A DNA stretch of 64,000 nt from NCBI GenBank assembly GCA_018394315.1, contig CP074575.1, positions 1,892,615 through 1,956,614 of the forward strand. Reading direction: 5' to 3'. Made by a program: the position numbers and the translations under genes. Numbering within the stretch: position 1 is the stretch's first letter; each line of letters begins with the position of its first letter. The notes beneath the pieces were generated by a model. The model was not told the DNA's origin. It saw only the letters and a list, made by a program, of their open reading frames with translations, and did no database searches. The DNA comes from Mycoplasmatota bacterium. GTDB taxonomy: Bacteria > Bacillota_I > Bacilli_A > MAG-NZ. Below, one piece after another: positions 43,328-54,378 of this stretch.

Positions 43328-45133
43328 ATGATTTCAAAAACTAAATTCAAAAATTATGCTAGATGTCCAAGATTTTCTGCACTTGAAAGTATGAAACAAG
43401 ATAAAGAAGAAGCTATTGTCACTGGTAAATCTGATGAGGTCAAAGACTTACTTAGTCTGATGTTTGGTGATGGAGAAGATTTAACCGATGTTTCAGACGA
43501 ACAATTAGAAGCTATGATGCCTTACTTTAACAAACTAGAGGAAATATCTTCAAATATAGTAAGTAATTATTTCGATGGTGAAATCACTTACTCACTAAAA
43601 ACACATGCTCAAAAATCATTTGACTGTTGGGGTGAAAATTATCAATATATTTGCTATATCGATATATATTTAGAGAAGAAAAACTCTTTTCATATCTTTG
43701 AAACAAAAGCAACCACAACTAATAAGTTTACTTCTTTAAAGTATTCAGAGAATAAAGAGACAAAACATTTGTTTGAGAAGATTAACAATACTTATATTCT
43801 AAAAGAAGAGCTAACACCTGATTTTGAAAAATCGGACAAGTATTTAAACCAGAGAAAAAAACTATTCGATAAACATAGTGATTCAGGAAAATATGTTTAT
43901 GACTTAGCCGTTCAAAGGTGGATTATTGAAAATCATCACATACAGAACAATAAGAATAAATTAATTAAGGATGCAAGGTATTACTTAGTAGTACTTAACA
44001 GTGATTATGTATTGGATAATGATATAAGTAATTCTAATTACCCTAAAATTAATAGTCAAGAAATTGTGTCATTCATTGATTTAACTGAAATCACAAAAGA
44101 GTATCAATCACTAATTGATATTGAATATAAAATGGTTGAGTCATACTTAGATTATCTAAAAGTTGAACCACATAAATTAGGGAAACATTGTCAAAGAAAA
44201 AAAACGACAGAGTGTGAGTACAGTAAAATATGTTGGGATATAGTCCCAGCAAAAGATTCATTACTCACTTATATCGATAATCACCATGGTTTTAAGGATC
44301 CTACCGATACTAAACACCTACCCCTCGACTTAATAAATTCAGGGAAAGTAAAAATTGATGACATTCCTACTACATGGTTGCATAGAGAAAAAAATCAAAT
44401 ACAGCGAGAAGTATTTGAAACTAAAAAAATATATATCAACAAGAAAAAAATAATAGATGGTTTGAATCAGATAAAATTTCCGGTTTATCATTTAGATTTT
44501 GAATCATTCCCATGTCCATTACCAAGATTTAGAGGTGAAAAACCTTATAGCCAATCAGTATTTCAATACTCCTTACATATTCAAAAATCCTATAATGATT
44601 GTGACAAAGAAAAGAATCATTATGAATTTTTATCTGATAAGGAAATTGATCAAAGGCGTGAATTAGTTGAATCTTTAATTAGCAACTTAAATGATGAAGG
44701 AACCATAATAGTATGGAATCAATCATTCGAAATTGCTAGACTAAAAGAATTTGCAGAGATTTATCCAGAGTTAAAGAATAAACTTTATAAAATAATTGAT
44801 AGAGTTTTTGACCTTATGTATATACTTAAATCAAATACCAAACTATACTTGTCATTAGGTTATGATGAAAAAAATGCAAAAATGTTTAACTACTATCACA
44901 ATAGCTTACAAGGTTCTTTTTCAATAAAAAAAGTACTACCGATTTTCTCAGATCTTTCGTATGCTGGTATGGATGTTGGAAATGGAATGGAAGCTGTTAC
45001 TGCTTATATTATGTTACATAAACTTAAAGGCGATGATTTTAGAAAAAAATATCAAGCATTGCTTGAATATTGTAAGCAAGATACATGGGCTATGGTTGAA
45101 ATAATGAATGAACTAAAAATACTAGTAGAATAA
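43328..45133 (+). CDS. DUF2779-type protein: N-terminal Cas4-like PD-(D/E)xK domain plus C-terminal DEDD/RNase H-like exonuclease
   Basis: MISKTKF...RCP, YID...FETK, C-terminal cysteine triad, LDFESF, WNQSFE, SFSIKKVL, YCKQDT. Confidence 0.75.
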   Translation: MISKTKFKNYARCPRFSALESMKQDKEEAIVTGKSDEVKDLLSLMFGDGEDLTDVSDEQLEAMMPYFNKLEEISSNIVSNYFDGEITYSLKTHAQKSFDCWGENYQYICYIDIYLEKKNSFHIFETKATTTNKFTSLKYSENKETKHLFEKINNTYILKEELTPDFEKSDKYLNQRKKLFDKHSDSGKYVYDLAVQRWIIENHHIQNNKNKLIKDARYYLVVLNSDYVLDNDISNSNYPKINSQEIVSFIDLTEITKEYQSLIDIEYKMVESYLDYLKVEPHKLGKHCQRKKTTECEYSKICWDIVPAKDSLLTYIDNHHGFKDPTDTKHLPLDLINSGKVKIDDIPTTWLHREKNQIQREVFETKKIYINKKKIIDGLNQIKFPVYHLDFESFPCPLPRFRGEKPYSQSVFQYSLHIQKSYNDCDKEKNHYEFLSDKEIDQRRELVESLISNLNDEGTIIVWNQSFEIARLKEFAEIYPELKNKLYKIIDRVFDLMYILKSNTKLYLSLGYDEKNAKMFNYYHNSLQGSFSIKKVLPIFSDLSYAGMDVGNGMEAVTAYIMLHKLKGDDFRKKYQALLEYCKQDTWAMVEIMNELKILVE

Positions 45134-45166
45134 AAAAAAATTATGGTTCAATCAACCATATTTTTT

Positions 45167-46561
45167 TTACCATCTTCTTTTATTTCTTCCTTTACCACGA
45201 GACTTTTTAGGTTTAGCTCCGCTTGACATTAAATTTTGCATGTTACCTAAATTCATACTATTCGGGTTTAGTCCACTCATACGTTTTGCCATATCTTTTT
45301 GTGTTTCTAATGCCCGTCTCAATTTATTAACTTCGGCAACGGTAGTACCTGCTCCTTTTGCAATTCTATTTCTTCTTCTCGAGGACTTATCGATTAAATC
45401 CGGATTTCTTTTTTCTTCTTTTGTCATGGATCCAATGATAATTTCCATTTTCTTAAATTTGCTATCATCAACATTGTTAATCAAATTTTTTATATTTCCA
45501 GCACCAGGAACCATTCCTAATATTTTACTCATAGATCCCATTTTTTTCATCATCTTGAATTGTGATAACATGTCGTTGTAATTAAATTTATTACTCATCA
45601 TCTTATCCATCATGTTCATTGCTTCATCTTCGTCAATACTTTCAGTTACTTTTTCAACTAAAGATAAAACATCTCCCATACCTAAAATACGGGATGCCAT
45701 TCTTTCTCCATGGAAAACTTCTAGTTCATCAAGCTTTTCTCCGGTACCAGAAAATTTAATTGGTACATTAGTTACTTTTCTGATGGACAGTGCTGCCCCA
45801 CCTCGAGTATCTCCGTCTAATTTCGTTAAAATACATCCAGTAACATTCAAAGTCTTATTGAAAGTATCTGCAACATTTACTGCATCTTGACCAGTCATAG
45901 CATCTACTGTAAGTAAAATTTCATCAGGACTAGTTAATTTTTTAATCTCAACTAACTCATCCATCATATTTTCATCTATATGCAATCGACCTGCAGTATC
46001 TATAATAACTAAATCGTGATTATTTTCTTTCGCAAATTTGAGTGCTTCTTTTACTATCTTTTTAGGTTTTTCTTGTCCCATTTCAAAAACAGGAATTTCT
46101 AATTGATTACCAATTGTTTTTAACTGATTTATCGCTGCTGGTCTATATATATCACATGCGACTAAAAGGGGATTCTTTCCTTCTTTTTTTCTTAGATAAT
46201 TTGCTAACTTACCAACATGAGTGGTCTTACCAGCACCTTGTAAACCAACTAACATGAAAACACTCATTCCAGAGTTAAATATTAAAGGCGAATCTTCCCC
46301 CATTAATGTCTTTAACTCTTCATGAACAATTTTTACAACTTGTTGGCCTGGATTCAAACCAGTCAAAATCGTCGTATCCATTGACTTTTCTTTTATTTCT
46401 TTTGTAAATTCCTTAACAACCTTATAATTAACATCTGCTTCTAATAAAGATAGACGTATTTCCTTCATCATATCTTCGATGTCTTTTTCAGTTAATCGTC
46501 CACGCCCGGTAACCCTTCTTAAACTCATTTGTAAACGCTCTGATAAGCTGTTGAATGCCAT
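45167..46561 (-). CDS. ffh: Signal recognition particle protein
   Basis: GLQGAGKTT, DTAGR, TKLDGDTRGG, Met-rich M domain. Confidence 0.97.
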   Translation of the reverse strand: MAFNSLSERLQMSLRRVTGRGRLTEKDIEDMMKEIRLSLLEADVNYKVVKEFTKEIKEKSMDTTILTGLNPGQQVVKIVHEELKTLMGEDSPLIFNSGMSVFMLVGLQGAGKTTHVGKLANYLRKKEGKNPLLVACDIYRPAAINQLKTIGNQLEIPVFEMGQEKPKKIVKEALKFAKENNHDLVIIDTAGRLHIDENMMDELVEIKKLTSPDEILLTVDAMTGQDAVNVADTFNKTLNVTGCILTKLDGDTRGGAALSIRKVTNVPIKFSGTGEKLDELEVFHGERMASRILGMGDVLSLVEKVTESIDEDEAMNMMDKMMSNKFNYNDMLSQFKMMKKMGSMSKILGMVPGAGNIKNLINNVDDSKFKKMEIIIGSMTKEEKRNPDLIDKSSRRRNRIAKGAGTTVAEVNKLRRALETQKDMAKRMSGLNPNSMNLGNMQNLMSSGAKPKKSRGKGRNKRRW

Positions 46562-46574
46562 ATATATCAATCCC

Positions 46575-46829
46575 TTATTGTCTTAGTTTTCTTAAATTCT
46601 CAATTCTTTCGCCATTATCTCCTTGTTCTTCATCATAAGCAAATTCCTTTAAAAGTGAACAAGGAAATTTAGTACATTCTACGCATGTGGTATGTTTTCT
46701 ACTTAAAACACAATTTGCAACGCCACACTCTCCCCAAAACATTTTACCCTCTTGTTTGTGACATCCTCCACAATTCATTTTGTCCTTATAATCACACTTA
46801 CTACAATCAATTCCACACATTGCATACAT
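46575..46829 (-). CDS. Cys-rich small protein, DUF3795-like
   Basis: CGIDCSKC, CGGC, CGVANC, CVECTKFPC. Confidence 0.75.
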   Translation of the reverse strand: MYAMCGIDCSKCDYKDKMNCGGCHKQEGKMFWGECGVANCVLSRKHTTCVECTKFPCSLLKEFAYDEEQGDNGERIENLRKLRQ

Positions 46830-46872
46830 CTATAAATCCCCCAATTAACTTATATACAATATAAATATCTTA

Positions 46873-47184
46873 TTATAATTCCTCTAAGTCAAACAAAATC
46901 CCCTCATACTCTTCACTTATAACTTTCCTTAATTCACCGAGAAGTTCAATTTTCTTTTTATGTTTTTCCAGTAGTTTAAGTTTATCTTCATAATCATTCA
47001 ACATAGATTCAACTCTTTTTAGATTATCATGCACGGCGTTTCTTGACACTTCAAATTTCTCTGCTACTTCACTCAAGCTTAAATCATCCTCATAATAACT
47101 TTTTATATAATTTTGTTGTTTTTCGGTTAATAGATTCTGGTAAAAATCGAATAGATTAATTATCTTGTCAGTTTTTTCAATCAT
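46873..47184 (-). CDS. ylxM: YlxM family protein
   Basis: [34 protein letters not shown]; between ftsY and ffh. Confidence 0.92.
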   Translation of the reverse strand: MIEKTDKIINLFDFYQNLLTEKQQNYIKSYYEDDLSLSEVAEKFEVSRNAVHDNLKRVESMLNDYEDKLKLLEKHKKKIELLGELRKVISEEYEGILFDLEEL

Positions 47185-48137
47185 ATTAAATCACTAAATA
47201 AACCATATATATATTGTTCAATATCAAAATTCTCTAAATCTTCTATTCTTTCACCTAAACCTACAAACTTGATCGGTACTCCTATCTTATCTCTAATTGC
47301 CAGTACAATTCCACCTTTAGCTGTACCATCTAATTTTGTTAAAATAATCCCCGTTACATCAGTTACATCGATGAATGCTTTTGCTTGCTCCATACCATTT
47401 TGCCCAGTAGTAGCATCAATTACGAGTAATGTATCCTGAGGGGCATTAGGAACTTCTCTAGATATTATTCTTTTAATTTTCTCTAGTTCCTTCATCAAGT
47501 TAACTTTATTCTGTAACCTACCTGCAGTATCACATAATAATACATCATAGTTTTCGTCCTTGGCTACTTGAATAGCATCGAACATTACACTTGATGGATC
47601 AGATCCATCGGCCTTCGATATTGTTTTAACTCCTACTCTATCGCCCCAAACCTTCAACTGGTCAACTGCACCCGCTCTAAATGTATCTCCAGCAGCTAAC
47701 AAAACTTTCTTTCCTTCTTTTTTGAGCTTTGCAGCAATTTTACCAATTGAAGTCGTTTTACCGACTCCATTAACTCCAACAAATAAATAAACACTTAATC
47801 CTTCCGAATTAACTATTAAGTTGGAGTTAACAACCTCACCTTTAATATATAGTTCGAACATTTTATCTACAATTATTGGATTAAGTTCTTCTGGTGTTGT
47901 TAATCCTTTAACACGTTCATCACTTCTAAGTTCATCCACAAAATCTACAACAGTGTCTACACCTATATCTGCCATAATGAATATTTCTTCTAGCTCATCA
48001 AAAAGTTCATCATTAATTGAACTATGACTAGATAAAATACTTTTAAGATTAGCAAAAACTCCTTCACGAGTCTTACGCATACCAATTTCATATTTTCTAT
48101 TAAGTTTTTTCTTATTTAATCTACTAAACAAACCCAT
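47181..48137 (-). CDS. ftsY: SRP receptor FtsY
   Basis: [33 protein letters not shown]; start MGLFS. Confidence 0.97.
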   Translation of the reverse strand: MGLFSRLNKKKLNRKYEIGMRKTREGVFANLKSILSSHSSINDELFDELEEIFIMADIGVDTVVDFVDELRSDERVKGLTTPEELNPIIVDKMFELYIKGEVVNSNLIVNSEGLSVYLFVGVNGVGKTTSIGKIAAKLKKEGKKVLLAAGDTFRAGAVDQLKVWGDRVGVKTISKADGSDPSSVMFDAIQVAKDENYDVLLCDTAGRLQNKVNLMKELEKIKRIISREVPNAPQDTLLVIDATTGQNGMEQAKAFIDVTDVTGIILTKLDGTAKGGIVLAIRDKIGVPIKFVGLGERIEDLENFDIEQYIYGLFSDLI

Positions 48138-48315
48138 TATTATCATCCAATTCTTAATTATTTTTTTCAAGTACTAATATCTTACTCTAATAAATTATTT
48201 TATCATATATAGTACTTAAACACTATATCAAAAATTTGCATTTTTAATATTATTATTTCAAACAAAAAGGTGCTATAGATTCCTACAACACCTTGAATAA
48301 TTACTATAAATGTAC

Positions 48316-50721
48316 TTATTTAACAACAATACTAACTAACTTTCCTTTAACATAAATTACTTTTACTATTGTTTTTCCTTCAGTAAAAGATTTTACTTTT
48401 TCAGTTAAAGCAGCTTCCTTAACAGCATCATCACTCGCTTTGGCACTTACTTTAATTTTATCCCTAACCTTACCGTTCACCTGTATTACAACTTCAATAG
48501 TACTTTCAATTAATTTACTTTCATCATATTCAGGCCACTTGGAATATGCAAGAATATCATTACCCAACTTCTCATTTAACTCTTCAGTTATATGAGGTGC
48601 TATAGGATTTAGCATAGTTAAGAATCCAACAGCATACTCTCGTGGTAGTTTCTTTATTTTATAGACTTCATTAACAAAAATCATCATTTGAGAGATTGCA
48701 GTATTAAATCTTAAGTTGTCATAGTCTGCAGTAACCTTTTTAACTGTTTGATGATATACCTTATCTAACTCAAGTACTTTTTCATCAGTACACTCGCTAA
48801 ATTCGAACATTCTCCAAACTCTTTCTAAAAACCTTCTTGCACCATCAACACCAGACTCACTCCAAGGTTTTTCACCTTCTAGTGGTCCCATAAACATTTC
48901 ATATAATCTAAATGTATCTGCTCCGTGAGACTCAACTAATTCATCTGGATTTACAACATTTCCTCTTGATTTACTCATTCTTAACCCATCTGTTCCTAAA
49001 ATCATTCCTTGGTGGAACAATTTAAAATAAGGTTCTTTCGTGTGAACAACACCAATATCATACAATACTTTATGCCAGAATCTCGAGTAAAGTAAATGTA
49101 ATACCGAGTGCTCTGCACCACCAATGTATAAATCAACAGGCAACCATTTTTTCAGTAACTTTTGACCATGTTCACTTTCAGGGTTTATGTATCCATCTTC
49201 ATTCAAAATATATCCTATATAGTACCAACAGCTACCAGCCCATTGAGGCATAGTATTTGTTTCTCTTCGACCTTTAACTCCATCTTCTCTTATAACTTCC
49301 AACCATTCTTTAGCATTTGCTAATGGACTTTCTCCAGTTCCAGTTGGTCTAATATTATCCATTTCTGGTAATTCTAAAGGTAAGTCTTTATCATCTACTA
49401 ATGAAACAGTTCCATCTTCCCAATGGATTACTGGGAATGGTTCACCCCAAAATCTTTGTCTAGAGAAAATCCAATCACGTAGTTTATAATTTACATAGGC
49501 TTCCCCTACTTTGTTTTCCTCCAAGAATTCGATCATCTTTGCGATAGCTTCTTCTTTTCCAAGTCCATCTAAAAATCCTGAGTTTACATGTAATGCATCT
49601 CCAGTAAATGCTTCTTCTGAGATATCTCCATCTAATACCTTAACTATTTCTAAATCAAATTTTTTAGCAAACTCATAATCTCTTTGATCATGACCAGGAA
49701 CCGCCATAATCGCACCAGTACCATATGTGCTTAATACATAATCAGAAATCCAAATAGGAACTTCTTTACCATTAACTGGATTAATTGCATATGCTCCCGT
49801 AAACACACCAGTTTTATCTTTATTAAGCTCAGTTCTTTCTAAATCTGATTTCCCTTTCGCAAATTCAATATATTTTTCTACTTCTAATTTTTGTTCATTA
49901 GATGTAATAAATTGAACTAAATCATGTTCTGGTGCTAATACACAGTATGTAGATCCAAACAACGTATCCGCCCTAGTTGTAAACACAGTAAAACTTAAGT
50001 CATGGTCTTTTATTTTGAAGTCTACTTTAGCTCCAATACTTTTACCAATCCAGTTTCGCTGCATTTCTTTAGTTGATTCCGGCCAGTCTAATTCATCTAA
50101 GTCATTTAATAATCTTTCTGCGTATTCAGTTATTTTAAGTACCCATTGTTTCATAGGTTTTTTAATTACTGGAAATTCACCAACTTCAGAAACCATTTTA
50201 CCATCAACGTTTAAAACTTCTTCATTAGCTAAAACTGTACCTAATTCTTCACACCAGTTAACTTCCATATAACCAATTTCGGCTAAACCTTTTTCATATA
50301 GTTTCTTAAAGATCCACTGTGTCCATTTAAAGTAATTTGGGTCGGTAGTATTTACTTCTCGATCCCAGTCATAGGAAAATCCTAAATCTTGAATTTGTCT
50401 TTTAAAAGTAGCTATATTCTTATCAGTAAAATCTCTTGGATCATTTCCTGTTTTAATAGCGTATTGTTCAGCAGGAAGTCCAAAAGCATCCCATCCCATT
50501 GGATGAAGAACGTTATACCCCTGCATACGTTTCAATCTTGAATAAATATCTGTAGCCGTATAGCCCTCTGGATGACCTACGTGTAACCCAGCTCCAGATG
50601 GATACGGAAACATATCTAATATAAACTGTTTGGGTAAAGAATCATCAGAGCTTGTCTTAAAAGTTTTGTTGCTGTACCAAAATTTCTGCCATTTCTTCTC
50701 AATTTCTTTGTGATTAAACAT
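48316..50721 (-). CDS. leuS: Leucine--tRNA ligase
   Basis: [16 protein letters not shown]1 editing domain, RMSKS. Confidence 0.97.
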   Translation of the reverse strand: MFNHKEIEKKWQKFWYSNKTFKTSSDDSLPKQFILDMFPYPSGAGLHVGHPEGYTATDIYSRLKRMQGYNVLHPMGWDAFGLPAEQYAIKTGNDPRDFTDKNIATFKRQIQDLGFSYDWDREVNTTDPNYFKWTQWIFKKLYEKGLAEIGYMEVNWCEELGTVLANEEVLNVDGKMVSEVGEFPVIKKPMKQWVLKITEYAERLLNDLDELDWPESTKEMQRNWIGKSIGAKVDFKIKDHDLSFTVFTTRADTLFGSTYCVLAPEHDLVQFITSNEQKLEVEKYIEFAKGKSDLERTELNKDKTGVFTGAYAINPVNGKEVPIWISDYVLSTYGTGAIMAVPGHDQRDYEFAKKFDLEIVKVLDGDISEEAFTGDALHVNSGFLDGLGKEEAIAKMIEFLEENKVGEAYVNYKLRDWIFSRQRFWGEPFPVIHWEDGTVSLVDDKDLPLELPEMDNIRPTGTGESPLANAKEWLEVIREDGVKGRRETNTMPQWAGSCWYYIGYILNEDGYINPESEHGQKLLKKWLPVDLYIGGAEHSVLHLLYSRFWHKVLYDIGVVHTKEPYFKLFHQGMILGTDGLRMSKSRGNVVNPDELVESHGADTFRLYEMFMGPLEGEKPWSESGVDGARRFLERVWRMFEFSECTDEKVLELDKVYHQTVKKVTADYDNLRFNTAISQMMIFVNEVYKIKKLPREYAVGFLTMLNPIAPHITEELNEKLGNDILAYSKWPEYDESKLIESTIEVVIQVNGKVRDKIKVSAKASDDAVKEAALTEKVKSFTEGKTIVKVIYVKGKLVSIVVK

Positions 50722-50729
50722 ACTATCCC

Positions 50730-51518
50730 CTACTCTCTATATGCATTTCTTAGCGCGATTAGCGCATAAACCAAAGGTATAATTTGGAAAAATGATAACA
50801 TCATTCCACTAATCTTTATATCATATAAGCTCAATACTACTCTAATTATTATATAGACAGTCATTGAATATGTAATAATAGTGAATATTTCTTTAAATGA
50901 AGCTCTTCCAAATCTAAATATTCTAATTATGAATGTATTTAACAATATTTCAAATAATATTAGCATCCCGTAAACAAGTACTGATACTATAATCGTTATA
51001 GGGACCCAAAAACTTCTACTAGTTAAAAGTATTTGATCAAGTCCAGAGAACAATTTTTCCCAGAAAACTTCATCATCAACATCAAAGTTTAAGTTTCTCC
51101 ATTCGGTTGGTAATTCACTATAGCTTATTCTCGCCATTTCAAACTCGAATGGGTATAATGCGATATATTCTTCCTTAAAGACCAATTTGAATCTAAAACC
51201 TTCAGAAACAAATTTATCTTCAGGGTCTATAACTACGGAGAAATTGCTAAAATTGATTTCCTCAAGAGTATCACCTTGACAAATTAGTTTATCGCTTAAC
51301 TCACAGCTAATATCTAAATGATCCTCCAAGTCTTCACGAATCATTCTTTGATTCCCAGGAGTTAACCCGCTGAAAGATACTATGTAAATAAGTAATGGAA
51401 CTAATAATAAGGTAATTAAAAATAAAATATATCCAATTACTTTTATATTAGAATCCTTTCTTCTTTTATAAATACTTTTAGGACTAAGTATATTATTTTT
51501 TATTTTAGTATAGAACAT
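50730..51518 (-). CDS. Membrane protein, DUF1189-like
   Basis: N-terminal SPKSIY plus TM, large loop, 3 C-terminal TM segments; RBS GGAGG before MFYTK. Confidence 0.6.
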   Translation of the reverse strand: MFYTKIKNNILSPKSIYKRRKDSNIKVIGYILFLITLLLVPLLIYIVSFSGLTPGNQRMIREDLEDHLDISCELSDKLICQGDTLEEINFSNFSVVIDPEDKFVSEGFRFKLVFKEEYIALYPFEFEMARISYSELPTEWRNLNFDVDDEVFWEKLFSGLDQILLTSRSFWVPITIIVSVLVYGMLILFEILLNTFIIRIFRFGRASFKEIFTIITYSMTVYIIIRVVLSLYDIKISGMMLSFFQIIPLVYALIALRNAYRE

Positions 51519-51595
51519 AGAAACCTCCAAAAATGATTATACCATATTTAGCCATGAGTCATAATGTTATTATTAGTAATAATACCCCCTATATA

Positions 51596-52837
51596 CTAAT
51601 AATACAAGTCTTTAAAGACATTTCTTAAATTATATAGTGCGTATATATTTATTGATAACATTATTAGAAGTCCTAAATCGGCAAACTGCCATACTTTGAG
51701 TAAGCTTAAGAATATACCCATTATCATGCTTAACACAAATAACATTCTGTAAAAAAATATATATTTGTGATTCCCACCAATATAAATAAAATTAGTTTCT
51801 CCCATATAATAAGCACCAATTAAAGTAGTTATTGAAAAGAATAATACAATTATTGCAAGTAAAATATTACCAAGTGAGCCAAAGTGATCATTAAATACTG
51901 TAATTAAAGCATCCATTCCACTATATAAACTTAAATCAACATCACTCAGTAAAACAATTAATGCAGTTATTGTACAAATTACTATAGTATCAATAAAAAC
52001 ACCAATGCTTTGATACATACCTTGCACTATAGGTTTTTTCACATTACTAATAGCACTAATATTAGGAGTAGTTCCTATACCTGCTTCATTAGAAAAAAGT
52101 CCTCTTCTTATTCCGTAAGAAATCGCAGCCCCAAACGTTCCTCCAATTGCACTATCACCATTAAATGCATTAAATACTATTTCTTTTAGTACATCTGGTA
52201 CATTATCTAAATGAGATAATATAACATATAAACCAATCCCAAGATATAGTAAAGCCATTAGTGGCACTACTTTTCCAGTAAAATTTATAATACTTTTTAT
52301 TCCACTAAATACTACGTAACTTATTAATATAATTACAAGTCCACCCACTAAAAGAGTAGGAGCACCAAATCCTCTATTAAATATGTTAACAATTGCATTC
52401 ATTTGAATCGGTGGAAATAAAAAGCCAAAGCTTATAACCACACTGACAGCAAAAAGTTTTGCTAGATTTGGATTGTTTAATCCCTTCTCAATATAATATG
52501 AAGGTCCTCCTCTTGCCTCTCCATTAACTTTGACCTTAAAGTACTGGCTTAGAGTATTCTCCATAACACTAAGTACAGCTCCAAAAAAACTGAAAACCCA
52601 CATCCAAAAGATTGCACCACTACCACCATAGAGGATTGCAACTAGAACTCCAACAATATTTCCTGTGCCTACATGGGTTGCGATAGTGAGCAAAAGTGTC
52701 TGTCTAGGGCTTATCCCATCTCTTTCTTCTCTTTTAAGATTTTTAAGCCCAGTAATTTGAATGAACTTAAATTTAAATGAAAAATATATACTAAAAAAGA
52801 TAACAATAAAAACCAAAAAAAATTCTAGTAGTTGCAT
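51596..52837 (-). CDS. Alanine/glycine:cation symporter (AlsT-like)
   Basis: VGTGNIVGV, GGSGAIFWMW, RGGPSYY, RRGLFSNEAG. Confidence 0.9.
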   Translation of the reverse strand: MQLLEFFLVFIVIFFSIYFSFKFKFIQITGLKNLKREERDGISPRQTLLLTIATHVGTGNIVGVLVAILYGGSGAIFWMWVFSFFGAVLSVMENTLSQYFKVKVNGEARGGPSYYIEKGLNNPNLAKLFAVSVVISFGFLFPPIQMNAIVNIFNRGFGAPTLLVGGLVIILISYVVFSGIKSIINFTGKVVPLMALLYLGIGLYVILSHLDNVPDVLKEIVFNAFNGDSAIGGTFGAAISYGIRRGLFSNEAGIGTTPNISAISNVKKPIVQGMYQSIGVFIDTIVICTITALIVLLSDVDLSLYSGMDALITVFNDHFGSLGNILLAIIVLFFSITTLIGAYYMGETNFIYIGGNHKYIFFYRMLFVLSMIMGIFLSLLKVWQFADLGLLIMLSINIYALYNLRNVFKDLYY

Positions 52838-52915
52838 AATTTAACCTCTTTTCATTTAAGTATATCTACCATTTTGCATCAATATGTTAGAATAGATTAT
52901 GAAAGGAAGATAACA

Positions 52916-53830
52916 ATGAATTTAATGACAAATGAAAAAAGATATAATACACTTAATAACTATTATAAACTCATATTTAACTCAAAGGTGTTTAAAGTAT
53001 CCTTAAACGCAAATTTTACTTGTCCAAATATAATAAATAACCATGGTTGTACATTTTGTCTAGAGGGTTCAGGAGAATATGCGGGTAACCCTAACGATTC
53101 ACTAAAAGAGCAGTTTATTTCTATTAAGAATAAGATGCATAAGAAATGGCCTAGCGCAAAATACATTGCATATTTTCAAGCTAATACTAATACTAATGCA
53201 GAAATAGATTATTTAAAAAATCTATATGAAGAAGCTTTAGTACTAGATGAAAATATCGTTGGTTTAAGTATTTCTACAAGACCAGATTGTATTTCAATTG
53301 AGTTAATGGATTATTTTGAAGAACTCTCAAAAAGAACATTTCTTACTATTGAATTAGGCTTACAAACAATACACGATGATACATTAAAACTAATTAACAG
53401 GGGACATACTTATTTAGAATTTAAAGATTGTGTAACTGAATTAAGAAAACGAAACGTAAGTGTCGTAGTTCATATAATTAACGGGCTTCCAAACGAATCA
53501 AAAGAAATGATGATTTCAACGGTCAAAGACATAAATAAATTAGATATCCAAGGAATCAAAATACATCTTCTTCACATTATGAAAAACACTAAATTAGGTT
53601 ATGATTATCTAAAAAATCCATTTAAATCCTTAACACAAAAAGAGTATACCGACATAGTATGTGATCAACTTGAAATACTTAACAAAAATATCATTATACA
53701 TAGACTAACTGGAGATGCTCCAAAAGAAGCTCTAATTGAACCGCTTTGGAGTTTAAGAAAATTCGTTGTAATTAATGAGATTGATAAAGAAATGAGAAAG
53801 AGAGATTCTTACCAAGGATGCTTAGAATAA
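52916..53830 (+). CDS. ytqA: TIGR01212 radical SAM protein (YtqA/YhcC)
   Basis: FTCPN...GCTFC, YFQANTNT, STRPDC, ELGLQT, HRLTGD; RBS GAAAGGAAG. Confidence 0.85.
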   Translation: MNLMTNEKRYNTLNNYYKLIFNSKVFKVSLNANFTCPNIINNHGCTFCLEGSGEYAGNPNDSLKEQFISIKNKMHKKWPSAKYIAYFQANTNTNAEIDYLKNLYEEALVLDENIVGLSISTRPDCISIELMDYFEELSKRTFLTIELGLQTIHDDTLKLINRGHTYLEFKDCVTELRKRNVSVVVHIINGLPNESKEMMISTVKDINKLDIQGIKIHLLHIMKNTKLGYDYLKNPFKSLTQKEYTDIVCDQLEILNKNIIIHRLTGDAPKEALIEPLWSLRKFVVINEIDKEMRKRDSYQGCLE

Positions 53831-54351
53831 TCCCTTTTGCCCACAAAGTTGCTAGTGAGTATTTAAAGCAAGGTAGTACCGTAGTAGATGCAACATGTGG
53901 AAATGGTAATGATACTATATTTCTATCTAAGTTAGTCCCTAATGGTCATGTATATGCATTTGATATTCAATCTAAGGCAATTGAAAATACAAAGAAAAGA
54001 ATCAAGAGTGATAACGTGAGTGTTATCAATGATTCTCATGAAAATATCTCGAATTATGTTAATAACGTTGACTTAGTAATGTTTAACTTAGGCTATCTAC
54101 CTAATTCAAATTCTAATATTACAACAACCCATCAAGTAACTATAAGAGCTTTAGAAAATATACTACCAATACTAAATAGGAATGCTCTAGTAATAATTGT
54201 TGTATATACAGGCCATGAAAATGGTATGCTTGAATCTATAAAACTTGAAGGATTTATAGATACTCTAAGTAGTGAATACTCTGTTAGTAAATATGAAGTA
54301 TTAAACAAGAAAAATCCACCGTATGTTTTAATAATAAAAAAGAATCGTTAG
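53818..54351 (+). CDS. ytqB: YtqB/MnmM-like SAM-dependent tRNA methyltransferase
   Basis: DATCGNGNDT, FDIQ, FNLGYLP, YTGH; coupled to ytqA. Confidence 0.85.
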   Translation: MLRIIPFAHKVASEYLKQGSTVVDATCGNGNDTIFLSKLVPNGHVYAFDIQSKAIENTKKRIKSDNVSVINDSHENISNYVNNVDLVMFNLGYLPNSNSNITTTHQVTIRALENILPILNRNALVIIVVYTGHENGMLESIKLEGFIDTLSSEYSVSKYEVLNKKNPPYVLIIKKNR

Positions 54352-54377
54352 ATGATTTACCACCTAGCGATTCTTTT
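54336..54377. terminator. Bidirectional terminator between ytqB and purB
   Basis: AAAAAAGAATCGTTAG...CTAGCGATTCTTTT. Confidence 0.75.
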
Positions 54378-54378
54378 A

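Noticed and set aside
52838..52915. Glycine or other riboswitch upstream of the AlsT-like transporter
   Set aside because: The intergenic region is under 80 bp, is shared with a divergent gene, and has no aptamer motifs.
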